Assembly: GCA_049793155.1 (NCBI GenBank)
Contig: JBARBN010000228.1
Span: 14,644-78,643 of the forward strand
Direction of reading: 5' to 3'
Length of the DNA stretch: 64,000 nt
DNA from: Nitrospirota bacterium
GTDB taxonomy: Bacteria > Nitrospirota > UBA9217
A program made the position numbers and the translations under genes. Under the pieces are notes generated by a model. That model saw nothing but the letters and a program-made list of their open reading frames with translations, was not told the origin of the DNA and did not search any database. Shown piece after piece: positions 57,067 through 64,000 of the stretch (the stretch's first letter is position 1; every line of letters starts with the position of its first letter).

Positions 57067-58080
57067 TTACTGAATGCCGTTCGCTTTCCAGTACGCCCTA
57101 ATTTTATTCTGCAGCGATAGCGGAAGGGGAACATAAATCAGCTCTTCGGCTTTCGCCGCGCCGTTTTTAAATGCCCAGTCAAAGAATTTCACGACCTTCA
57201 CATTCGATTCCTTTTTCTCCTTAGCGAGCAGGATGAACGTAGCGCCCGCAATGGGCCACGCCTTCTTGCCCGGGGCATTGGTGAGCATGTAGTAGAAATC
57301 AATCTTCGGATCGAACGTGCCCGTGGCAGCGGCGTCTTCAAAACTGTCCGAACTCGGTGTGACGACGGCGTTGGCGGAGTTCTTAAGAAGCGTATATGCC
57401 ATATTGTTCTGTTTCGCATAGGCGAATTCCACGTACCCGATGGAGTTTGCCTGCTGCTGCACGTAATTGGCTACACCCTCGTTGCCTTTCCCGCCGATGC
57501 CGACGGGCCAGCTCACAGATGTCCCGGTCCCGACTTTTTCTTTCCACATCGGTGACACCTTGCACAGATAATCCGTAAAGATAGCGGTCGTGCCAGAACC
57601 ATCGGAGCGATGGACCACGGTAATTTCAGCCGCCGGAAGGTTGAGCTTCGGGTTCAGCGCTTTGAGTTTCGGATCGTTCCAGTTTTTTATTTCGCCCAGG
57701 TAGATTTTAGCGACCGCTTCCGAATCGAGGGTCAATTCTCCCGCCTTCACGCCGGGAATATTGACCACGAGTACGTCCGCGCCAATCACTGCCGGGAATT
57801 GGATCAGGTTGTCCTTAGCGAGCTCTTCCGGCTTCAGCGGCTTGTCCGAAGCACCGAAGTCAACCGTCCGTTCGGTGATCTGCTTGATGCCTCCGCCCGA
57901 ACCGATGGATTGATAGTTCAACTTCATTCCCGTCACCTTGTTGTATTCATTGGCCCATGCCGAGTATACGGGATAGGGAAACGTGGCGCCTGCGCCGTTC
58001 AACATCTCTTCCGCCTGCGCCATATTGAACGACAGCAGACCTATAACCACTAACGCAAAAACGAGTACACTTCTTTTCAT
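57067..58080 (-). CDS. pstS: Phosphate-binding protein PstS
   Basis: Start at MKRSVLVFALVVIGLLSFNMAQA, preceded by an AAGGAGG Shine-Dalgarno. Motifs GAGATFPYPVYSAWA, SIGSGGGI and HRSDGSGTTAIFTDYL are canonical PstS. Confidence 0.9.
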   Translation of the reverse strand: MKRSVLVFALVVIGLLSFNMAQAEEMLNGAGATFPYPVYSAWANEYNKVTGMKLNYQSIGSGGGIKQITERTVDFGASDKPLKPEELAKDNLIQFPAVIGADVLVVNIPGVKAGELTLDSEAVAKIYLGEIKNWNDPKLKALNPKLNLPAAEITVVHRSDGSGTTAIFTDYLCKVSPMWKEKVGTGTSVSWPVGIGGKGNEGVANYVQQQANSIGYVEFAYAKQNNMAYTLLKNSANAVVTPSSDSFEDAAATGTFDPKIDFYYMLTNAPGKKAWPIAGATFILLAKEKKESNVKVVKFFDWAFKNGAAKAEELIYVPLPLSLQNKIRAYWKANGIQ

Positions 58081-58129
58081 CTTTTTTTCCTCCTTAAATT
58101 TTAAATCATTGAAATAGTATGCCATGTAA

Positions 58130-58172
58130 TTGTTACAGGATTGTTACAAGTTGATTAATTTTCTGTTAAATT
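58130..58172 (-). promoter_or_regulatory. Direct-repeat array G: candidate Pho-box-type promoter of the pstSCAB-phoU operon
   Basis: TTGTTACAgga TTGTTACAagt TGATTAATttt CTGTTAAAttg is four heptamers at exact 11-bp spacing. In the minus direction it is followed after about 8 nt by a CATACTAT -10-like element, then AAGGAGG and the pstS ATG. Confidence 0.6.
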
Positions 58173-58285
58173 GCTTTCGCGTTGCAATTTATTTTACGAG
58201 CCGTTACTTGAAACTACTGTTGTATATGAATTTTCGGGTATTCCAAGCTGAGCATCCTGATGGCTGAAGCTTTTATTATTCCGTC

Positions 58286-59452
58286 TTATTCTGCACTATA
58301 AAGGCCTCTCTGACTATTCACCTGTTGTAACGGCAGAGATACGACAAATGTCGTTCCTTTCCCATAGCTGCTTGTTAGTGAGATCGTACCGCCTAAAAGT
58401 TCCGCAAGATTCTTGCTGATCGACAGGCCAAGCCCCGTCCCGCCCTGTTCTTTGGTTTTTGCGTCCTCGATCCGGCCGTAGGTTGTAAAGAGCTTATGAA
58501 CGTCCTCTTCTTTTATCCCGACACCCGTATCGCTGATCGCGATCTCCATCCAGCTACCGATGACGGAAAGCGTGATCATGATTTTACCCTGTTCGGTGTA
58601 CTTCGCCGCATTGCTGACCAGGTTAATGAGGATCTGCCTGAGCCTGACGTTGTCCGTATTTATCATCACGGACAGTGAGGGCTCCCTGACCTCCACGCTC
58701 ACCGGCTTATTCCCGATAAGGATGCGGGCGGTTTCCGCAATTTCAGAAATGAGCAATGCTGCATTAACCATCTGATTCGCCACCCCGGCATTTAACACAA
58801 CATCGGCCGGTTCACTTATCACTGGAGCGATGTCGACGTGTTTGACGGACAGGCTTTTTCCTCTTGTTTCAAGCCGGGGCAGAGGTGTCGCGTCACGAAG
58901 CAGGCGTTCTGCATGGGAAGCGACAGTATTAATGGTCTGGAGATGTTTATTCGAGCTATCCTGTCTGAGAGCGTGTGATGAAAATCCGCCAATGACATGT
59001 ATTGAACCTTTTAATTCATGAACTAAACACTGCAGGGCCGTGTCCTGTTCCTGCTCACGGGCCATGAGCTCTTTGATCGTTTCCTGTCGGTCAATGTGTT
59101 TTTTTATCTTCAGCAGCAGTTCTTTCACGGAATATGGCTTGGAAAGGTAATCATCGGCGCCAAGGCTGAGGCCCTTGACGCGCTCCTCTTCTTCGGACAG
59201 CGCGGTCAGCATGATGATCGGCAGCGATTTTCCGTTTGTGCTCTCGCGCAAAATACGGCAAACTTCCCAGCCATTAAGCTCGGGCATCATGACATCCAGG
59301 AGGACCACATCCGGCATTTGCCGCTGCACGGCTTCTATTGCTTCCTTCCCGTTGCGCGCGATCACCGCTTCATAGTTCTCTTTTTGGAGGTTATACGTGA
59401 GGAGCTCTGCACAATCATTTTCATCTTCAACAATAAGAATTTGTTTTTTCAT
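58286..59452 (-). CDS. Hybrid response-regulator/histidine-kinase (N-terminal receiver plus HisKA plus HATPase)
   Basis: Receiver: ILIVEDE...VVLLDVMMPELNGWEV...IIMLTA. H-box LVHELKGSIH. ATPase boxes NLVSNAAKY, ISDTGVGI and GGTGLGLSISK. No TM segments. Confidence 0.8.
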   Translation of the reverse strand: MKKQILIVEDENDCAELLTYNLQKENYEAVIARNGKEAIEAVQRQMPDVVLLDVMMPELNGWEVCRILRESTNGKSLPIIMLTALSEEEERVKGLSLGADDYLSKPYSVKELLLKIKKHIDRQETIKELMAREQEQDTALQCLVHELKGSIHVIGGFSSHALRQDSSNKHLQTINTVASHAERLLRDATPLPRLETRGKSLSVKHVDIAPVISEPADVVLNAGVANQMVNAALLISEIAETARILIGNKPVSVEVREPSLSVMINTDNVRLRQILINLVSNAAKYTEQGKIMITLSVIGSWMEIAISDTGVGIKEEDVHKLFTTYGRIEDAKTKEQGGTGLGLSISKNLAELLGGTISLTSSYGKGTTFVVSLPLQQVNSQRGLYSAE

Positions 59453-59513
59453 AAAACACTGGTCCCAACCTTTGCAGGTAATTTCAATTAGCAGTCAACA
59501 CTATAACCTGATT

Positions 59514-59560
59514 CTGTTACAGGAATATGAAGCCTGCGTTAAATGTTGGTTACAATAAGA
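59514..59560 (-). promoter_or_regulatory. Direct-repeat array H upstream of the receiver/histidine-kinase hybrid gene
   Basis: CTGTTACAgga ATATGAAGcct GCGTTAAAtgt TGGTTACAata. A TATAGT -10-like element follows in the minus direction. Confidence 0.5.
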
Positions 59561-59631
59561 TATGCGTATGGAAGGCAGGACTCACGACTGCATCCACGGG
59601 ACTGCCGAGGCAAACGACATGCGAAACTCTT

Positions 59632-60483
59632 TTATGAAGAACTCTTCAGTGGTAAAGAAACGGTAACGATCGTACCCTCGCCTGTTTTACTTGCAATGGA
59701 AAGGCTGCCTCGCAGCTGCTTGATCAGTTTATTGATGATCCGGAACCCCGGACAGCGCGGCAAGGAGGCATTATTTTCAATGTCAGGCTCATGATCAGAT
59801 AACGACAGGATCGCATCGACCTGTTCCTGCGCCATCCCTTTACCGGTATCGGCAATGGTCAGTCTGACTTCATCGTTATCCTTGTTCAGGATCATTGCGA
59901 TCCTTCCCCGCTCGGTGAATGATGCCGCATTGCTCATAAGACCAGTCATGATCCGCCTGATCTTAGCAGGATCGCAATGGATGAAAAAGGGCGTTGCGAA
60001 GGCATCATCCAACACTTTTATTGGTTTGTCCCGTACCAGCGCTCGTGCGGCATGGGAGACCTCCTGCAAAAGCGCTGCGATATCGAAGTCTTGACCGGTC
60101 GTCTCGGACGGCTTGAACCCCTTGCGGGAAAATTCGGTGATCATTGAGAGTGTTGACGAGAGCGCCCCGGCCTGAAGCAAAATGATCTCAAGCCTGTTCA
60201 GAGCGCTTTCCAGTTCCCCTTTTTCGTATGCCACCCGCAGAAGTTCGGCCATGCCCAGAAGTTCATACAGCGTCGACCCTGCTTCGCGGGTAGCCTGGGC
60301 AATGACAGGCGATTGTATACCTTGAAGAGGCGAATCATCATGCATGGCCGCTGGCAGGGACCTTCCCCGTGTTCGCGGGATGGCGGGTATGTACGGTAAT
60401 AGCATTTTAACGTTTGCAACGTCATCCTGAACTGACTTCATGATCATCTCCTTTGTGATCAACCTGCATGGCATTAGCATCAT
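59632..60483 (-). CDS. Soluble histidine-kinase-like protein (HATPase_c domain; atypical or absent H-box)
   Basis: MTGLMSNAASFT (N-box), IADTGKGMAQE (G1) and GFRIINKLIKQLRGSLSIASKTGEGT (G2). No TM helix. The N-terminal region is helical. Confidence 0.6.
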   Translation of the reverse strand: MMLMPCRLITKEMIMKSVQDDVANVKMLLPYIPAIPRTRGRSLPAAMHDDSPLQGIQSPVIAQATREAGSTLYELLGMAELLRVAYEKGELESALNRLEIILLQAGALSSTLSMITEFSRKGFKPSETTGQDFDIAALLQEVSHAARALVRDKPIKVLDDAFATPFFIHCDPAKIRRIMTGLMSNAASFTERGRIAMILNKDNDEVRLTIADTGKGMAQEQVDAILSLSDHEPDIENNASLPRCPGFRIINKLIKQLRGSLSIASKTGEGTIVTVSLPLKSSS

Positions 60484-60515
60484 TCCAGCAGAATTTTACG
60501 ATAACGCGCGCGCTG

Positions 60516-61658
60516 CTATTCTCCGGCAAGACCAGTAACCCGATGCGCCGTCGGTCCGGCTTGCACCGATCCGCTCTCCTGAATGACAGACAATGATTCC
60601 GGCTTCGGCCTTTTCATGATGAGGAAAAGGACCGCGGCAAGGAGCAGGAGAAAGTAAAACGTCAGAAAACGCCATCCCATGATCACCCCGCCGATAGAAT
60701 CCGCGGCGAGAAAGGGCCGGTAAAAGAGATAGAATACCGCTTCAGCGCCGCCTGCCCCTCCCGGCGTCGGAATGAACGACATGAGTGCGAACACAAGTAC
60801 CTGCAGTGACATGAAGAGGACAGGTCGTGCCGGGAGCCCGAGGCTCATGAGCAGCAGGGAAATTATGGCATACCGGCAGATCCACTGGGCAGCTGTCAAC
60901 ACAAAGGTCAGGGCAAAGACCGATTTTCCGCTGCACGTGATGGTTCTCCAGGTCAGAATAAACCTATGATATGCCGACCCTATCGTTGTTACGAAGCGAG
61001 CCGACGGCCGGAACCGCATTACGAGTGTTCGAAAGCGCGGTCGTGCCAGCACAAGGACAGCAGTGCAGGCAACCCCGCTTCCTGCAAGGAACATCCGGGG
61101 CGATGTATGGCGGATGCCGGACAGCAGACCCTGTATCACCGGCAGGTCCCAGGATGACGAAAGCGTGATGGCGAGCGGTACCATGAGGAGGAAGAACAAA
61201 CTTTCCTCCATGCTCTCGATCACGGTTAGAGACAGAGCCGCTCCGCTGGAGAGGCCTTGCTGCATCAGCATGCAGGTTTTTACAGCAGTTCCTCCGATCA
61301 TGGGCGGGCTTATAGCCGCGCCGAGCTCCGCTCCGAGCGCTATCCGAAACGTATCACGATAACGAAATCTGTTCCCAAGGAACCTGCTCCAGAGCAGCAG
61401 CCGAAGCGACCCCATAAACCAGGGGGCAATGCTCAGAAGCATGGCGATGATAATATATCCCGGTGAAAAACGGGGCACGGAGCGGAACAGAGACCCGCCG
61501 GTCGCAAGCAGAACAAAGACCACATTACCAATGACCCCGAGCGGTATGAGAAATATCAATTTTCTGAAGAGCGGATCTATCCATGACGGCTGGCGCGACA
61601 GCGTCGGCTCCATGGCATGATTGCCGGTGTCCATGGTCGCGTTACGCTCAGGCGACAA
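60516..61658 (-). CDS. UPF0104 / flippase-like (lysyl-phosphatidylglycerol-synthase TM-region-like) membrane protein
   Basis: About 8 TM helices. IPTPGGAGGAEAVFYLF matches the TPGGxGxxE signature of the LPG-synthase-TM/flippase-like domain. Confidence 0.55.
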   Translation of the reverse strand: MSPERNATMDTGNHAMEPTLSRQPSWIDPLFRKLIFLIPLGVIGNVVFVLLATGGSLFRSVPRFSPGYIIIAMLLSIAPWFMGSLRLLLWSRFLGNRFRYRDTFRIALGAELGAAISPPMIGGTAVKTCMLMQQGLSSGAALSLTVIESMEESLFFLLMVPLAITLSSSWDLPVIQGLLSGIRHTSPRMFLAGSGVACTAVLVLARPRFRTLVMRFRPSARFVTTIGSAYHRFILTWRTITCSGKSVFALTFVLTAAQWICRYAIISLLLMSLGLPARPVLFMSLQVLVFALMSFIPTPGGAGGAEAVFYLFYRPFLAADSIGGVIMGWRFLTFYFLLLLAAVLFLIMKRPKPESLSVIQESGSVQAGPTAHRVTGLAGE

Positions 61659-63495
61659 GACGGTCCCGTTTCATTGCTTCATGATGGTCAAGAAACATGC
61701 GGGCACCGTCCTTGCCAAGGTACCGATCCAGTATTCGCGGTTCAGTTTTCGTCAGGTCGACGATGATCAGGCCATCAACAACATTTCCGAATGCGGTATC
61801 GACATTAAAACCTGCGATCTCGCCACCCAGCTTGAGATATTGCTTCAGCAGGATCGGGACGCCTTTGCGGTCTGATTCCACGCAGGAGATCAACTCCGAT
61901 ATGTTCTCCACGTCGTCCTTCAGAAGCCGCACTGCGGCATCGATGTCCCAGCCTTTTAGTGGTTTTACCGGTAAGGGTTTTTTCGGTTTGACGAAGCCGG
62001 CCATATCACTGCGGTACCTGGTCATTTTCAGGTAACTGACCAGAAATTGCCTCGACAGCGACCGGTACTCATCACTGATGCTTACGGGACCAAAGAGGGT
62101 TTTATATTGCGGGTTTTCGACAACGAATCTGCCGATGCCTTTCCAGAGGAGCAGGAGAGGTGCGAAGGATTTTTGGTATTCCAGCCGGATAAAGGACCGT
62201 CCCATTTCCAGGGCAGGCCCCATCTGTTCGAAAAATTCTGGTTTGTAACGAAATAGGGAACTCGTGTAAAGGCCGCTCACTCCCTTTTGTCTGATGATCT
62301 CATCGGCCTTGCCGAGGCGATAGGCGCCGACCACTTCTTTTTTTAACCGATTCCATATAAAAAGATGGAGATAGGAGCTATCGAACCGGTCAATATCAAC
62401 GGCCTTTCCCGTCCCCTCGCCCACGGTACGGAAGGTGACCTCCCGCAGCCTGCCGATCTCGAGCAGGAGGTGAGGTATCTGGTCAGTCGTCGCCTGAATC
62501 ACGGCATGCTCGTTGCTCTCAACGAGCGTCTGGCTCGGCATCAGCCTGCGAATCTCCTCGGCCATGACATCCGGGTTCTGGGGTGGCATGATCTCGCCGA
62601 AGGCCTCGGTTTTTGCCTTTCGAATAAATGCCCCAATGCTGGGCACTTCTTCTTTATCGCCGCGATACTCCAGTATATAAGTGCGCAACCGCAGGTACGC
62701 AGTCATGTCGTCATCTTGGTCAAAGGACTCCAACTTGCCAATTGGCACAAGATCTCCGACGCGCACCTGAATCTTTCTGCTGTTCTTGTTAAACAGTTCA
62801 TTCGGCAGCATGGCCGTGCGAAGAACAGGATGTACCATGCCCGCTATATGAAATGCCGCGCTGTTCGTCCCTTGAAAGAACACCGGAAGCACCGGCACCC
62901 CGGTTTTCCTGATAATGCGCGCTATGCTCGGGCTCCATTCAGGATCGGTGATCGTACCTTTCCGGGCATCAAAGTGAGAAACCGCGCCCGCGGGAAAGAC
63001 CACGAGCATGCCGCCGTTCCTGACCCATTGGATGGCTTCTCTGAGCGGCCTGATGTTGTCGCGGACCGAAGTCTTTCCCGGAAAAGGGTTCACGGATATC
63101 AATAGGTCCCGTATTTCCGGTATCGCGTTCAACAGAGAATTGGCCATGAACTTGACATCGCAGCGCATCGAACGCAGGATCGAAGCAAGGATAACGGTTT
63201 CGATGAGCCCAAAGGGATGATTTGCCACAACGATCACCGGACCTTTGGGGATCATGATCCGCGAGAGGTCCTCTTCAGGAATATCGTAGAGCACGCCCAA
63301 TCGATCTAAGACCTTGTCCGAGAACGGACGGTTGTCAGGCATCCTGCTTACGTCATCGTAGAAAAGGTTCAATCGCTGCAAGCCAATAGCATGTTCAATC
63401 GGCCCCTTTACCAGCGAAAAAAGTCTGTTCTGCAACGGGCCTCTGAAAGCAAGGTTGAGGTTGAAGATCCGGGTTGTCTGTACTTGATCCATCAT
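61648..63495 (-). CDS. Bifunctional acyltransferase, OlsF-like: N-terminal PlsC/AGPAT-like O-acyltransferase plus C-terminal OlsB/GNAT-like N-acyltransferase (candidate ornithine or other amino-lipid synthase)
   Basis: N-domain VVANHPFGLIETVIL (H-x4-D/E box) and LVVFPAGAVS (FPEGT-like box). The C-domain of about 300 aa is hemolysin/GNAT-fold-like (YLHLFIWNRLKKEVVGAYRLG...). Its stop overlaps the start of the downstream flippase-like gene. Confidence 0.5.
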   Translation of the reverse strand: MMDQVQTTRIFNLNLAFRGPLQNRLFSLVKGPIEHAIGLQRLNLFYDDVSRMPDNRPFSDKVLDRLGVLYDIPEEDLSRIMIPKGPVIVVANHPFGLIETVILASILRSMRCDVKFMANSLLNAIPEIRDLLISVNPFPGKTSVRDNIRPLREAIQWVRNGGMLVVFPAGAVSHFDARKGTITDPEWSPSIARIIRKTGVPVLPVFFQGTNSAAFHIAGMVHPVLRTAMLPNELFNKNSRKIQVRVGDLVPIGKLESFDQDDDMTAYLRLRTYILEYRGDKEEVPSIGAFIRKAKTEAFGEIMPPQNPDVMAEEIRRLMPSQTLVESNEHAVIQATTDQIPHLLLEIGRLREVTFRTVGEGTGKAVDIDRFDSSYLHLFIWNRLKKEVVGAYRLGKADEIIRQKGVSGLYTSSLFRYKPEFFEQMGPALEMGRSFIRLEYQKSFAPLLLLWKGIGRFVVENPQYKTLFGPVSISDEYRSLSRQFLVSYLKMTRYRSDMAGFVKPKKPLPVKPLKGWDIDAAVRLLKDDVENISELISCVESDRKGVPILLKQYLKLGGEIAGFNVDTAFGNVVDGLIIVDLTKTEPRILDRYLGKDGARMFLDHHEAMKRDRLVA

Positions 63496-63501
63496 TTTGC
63501 A

Positions 63502-63999
63502 TTACCCCCTCCGACTACCTGATGCCTCGTTCCGTAGTTCATTCCGTCCGATTAAATCGTTGCAGCAATCTACTTCCCTCCCATCGAGAGCCCGGTGAAG
63601 TGCCCCGAACAGCTCTTCGCGGGTGAACGGTTTTGTCAGTTTTCCTATAAAACCGTAATCCCTGAAGTTCGTTAATGCCGGATCGAGAATGTCGCCGCTC
63701 GAAACAATGACCTTCACATCAGGGTCGAGTTCAAGCAGGCCTTTGATCGTTTCCTTGCCGCCCTTGCCAAGCGGGACGTTCAGATCCACGATCACTGCAT
63801 CATAGGGACAACCGGCCTCTTTTGCTTTTCGATAACACTCGATCGCTTCTTCGCCGTTTTCCATCACCTGTACCGCATATCCTTTTTTTTCGAGAGCGCG
63901 CTGAGTAACTGACCTCAGCAATTCTTCATCTTCCATCAAAAGGACTTTTCGTCTATTCTGCCCCACCGTTCCCCCTACCTTGACTGTTCCCTCCATCAT
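63502..63999 (-). CDS. Response-regulator receiver protein (the start may lie at or beyond the window edge)
   Basis: KVLLMEDEELL...DAVIVDLNVPLGKGGKET...KVIVSSG. Confidence 0.6.
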   Translation of the reverse strand: MMEGTVKVGGTVGQNRRKVLLMEDEELLRSVTQRALEKKGYAVQVMENGEEAIECYRKAKEAGCPYDAVIVDLNVPLGKGGKETIKGLLELDPDVKVIVSSGDILDPALTNFRDYGFIGKLTKPFTREELFGALHRALDGREVDCCNDLIGRNELRNEASGSRRG

Positions 64000-64000
64000 G

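Overview
This 64 kb window is about 57% GC and is probably from an anaerobic Gram-negative bacterium (delta-proteobacterium-like). All 47 protein-coding genes I can support are on the minus strand; the plus-strand ORFs in the track look like antisense artefacts of GC-rich genes. Gene families are named from motifs I can read in the translations, not from database searches. I found no rRNA or CRISPR array and no tRNA I could recognise by eye.

Genes, from high to low coordinate:
- Lipid and regulators (63999-58286): a CheY-like receiver; an OlsF-like two-domain acyltransferase (PlsC-like plus GNAT-like N-acyltransferase); a UPF0104 flippase-like membrane protein; a soluble histidine-kinase-like protein; a receiver/histidine-kinase hybrid.
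- Phosphate transport (58080-53623): pstS, pstC, pstA, pstB and phoU.
- Secreted, phosphatase and RiPP-like block (53015-43684): a secreted pentapeptide-repeat protein; a purple-acid-phosphatase-like metallophosphoesterase; a secreted protein with a VPLPA-type PEP-CTERM exosortase sorting tail; a TPR-plus-membrane protein; a small membrane peptide whose stop overlaps the start of a radical-SAM/SPASM enzyme; a membrane protein; a HupE/UreJ-like transporter; a second VPLPA-CTERM protein.
- Exosortase cluster (43448-32854): a single-domain receiver; a 1501-aa multidomain 5'-nucleotidase with an exosortase sorting tail; an IS630-like transposase remnant; a PlcN/AcpA-family phosphoesterase directly followed by an exosortase; a small hypothetical; an S8 subtilase with a sorting tail.
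- Small secreted-protein region (32473-27204): a 44-aa small protein, which the ORF track missed, sits upstream of a secreted hypothetical; a third VPLPA-CTERM protein; a divergent PstS-like secreted protein; an FKBP lipoprotein.
- Long operon (26867-7417): a NusG/UpxY-like antiterminator paralog, a 64-aa paralog of the small protein, tpsB, a 3464-aa tpsA, a LamG/DUF2341-ExbB fusion, exbD, tonB, a porin-like outer-membrane protein, a coiled-coil protein and a SurA-like isomerase.
- Envelope/exopolysaccharide genes (7223-1): galE, a DUF218 protein, a Wzx-like flippase, a GT2 glycosyltransferase, a GH20-like hydrolase and a partial gene running off the left edge.

Non-coding signals:
- At least eleven intergenic arrays of 3-5 heptamer direct repeats (TGTTACA, TGATGAA, GTTAATT) with 11-bp periodicity lie just upstream of -10-like hexamers. 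They head pstS, the two-component genes, the exosortase operon, the sorting-tail proteins and the tps operon. This is the layout of OmpR/PhoB-family Pho-box promoters.
- Several leaders carry a conserved box (TCAGGGTCCTTTGCTGACC on the transcribed strand) followed by a terminator-like hairpin and a U-tract. Two copies are near-identical 95-nt repeats.

The picture I favour, as inference, is a phosphate-limitation regulon. It would combine Pst transport, ornithine-lipid remodelling, exosortase-anchored surface phosphatases, and a NusG-paralog-driven two-partner secretion system with its own TonB-ExbBD motor.
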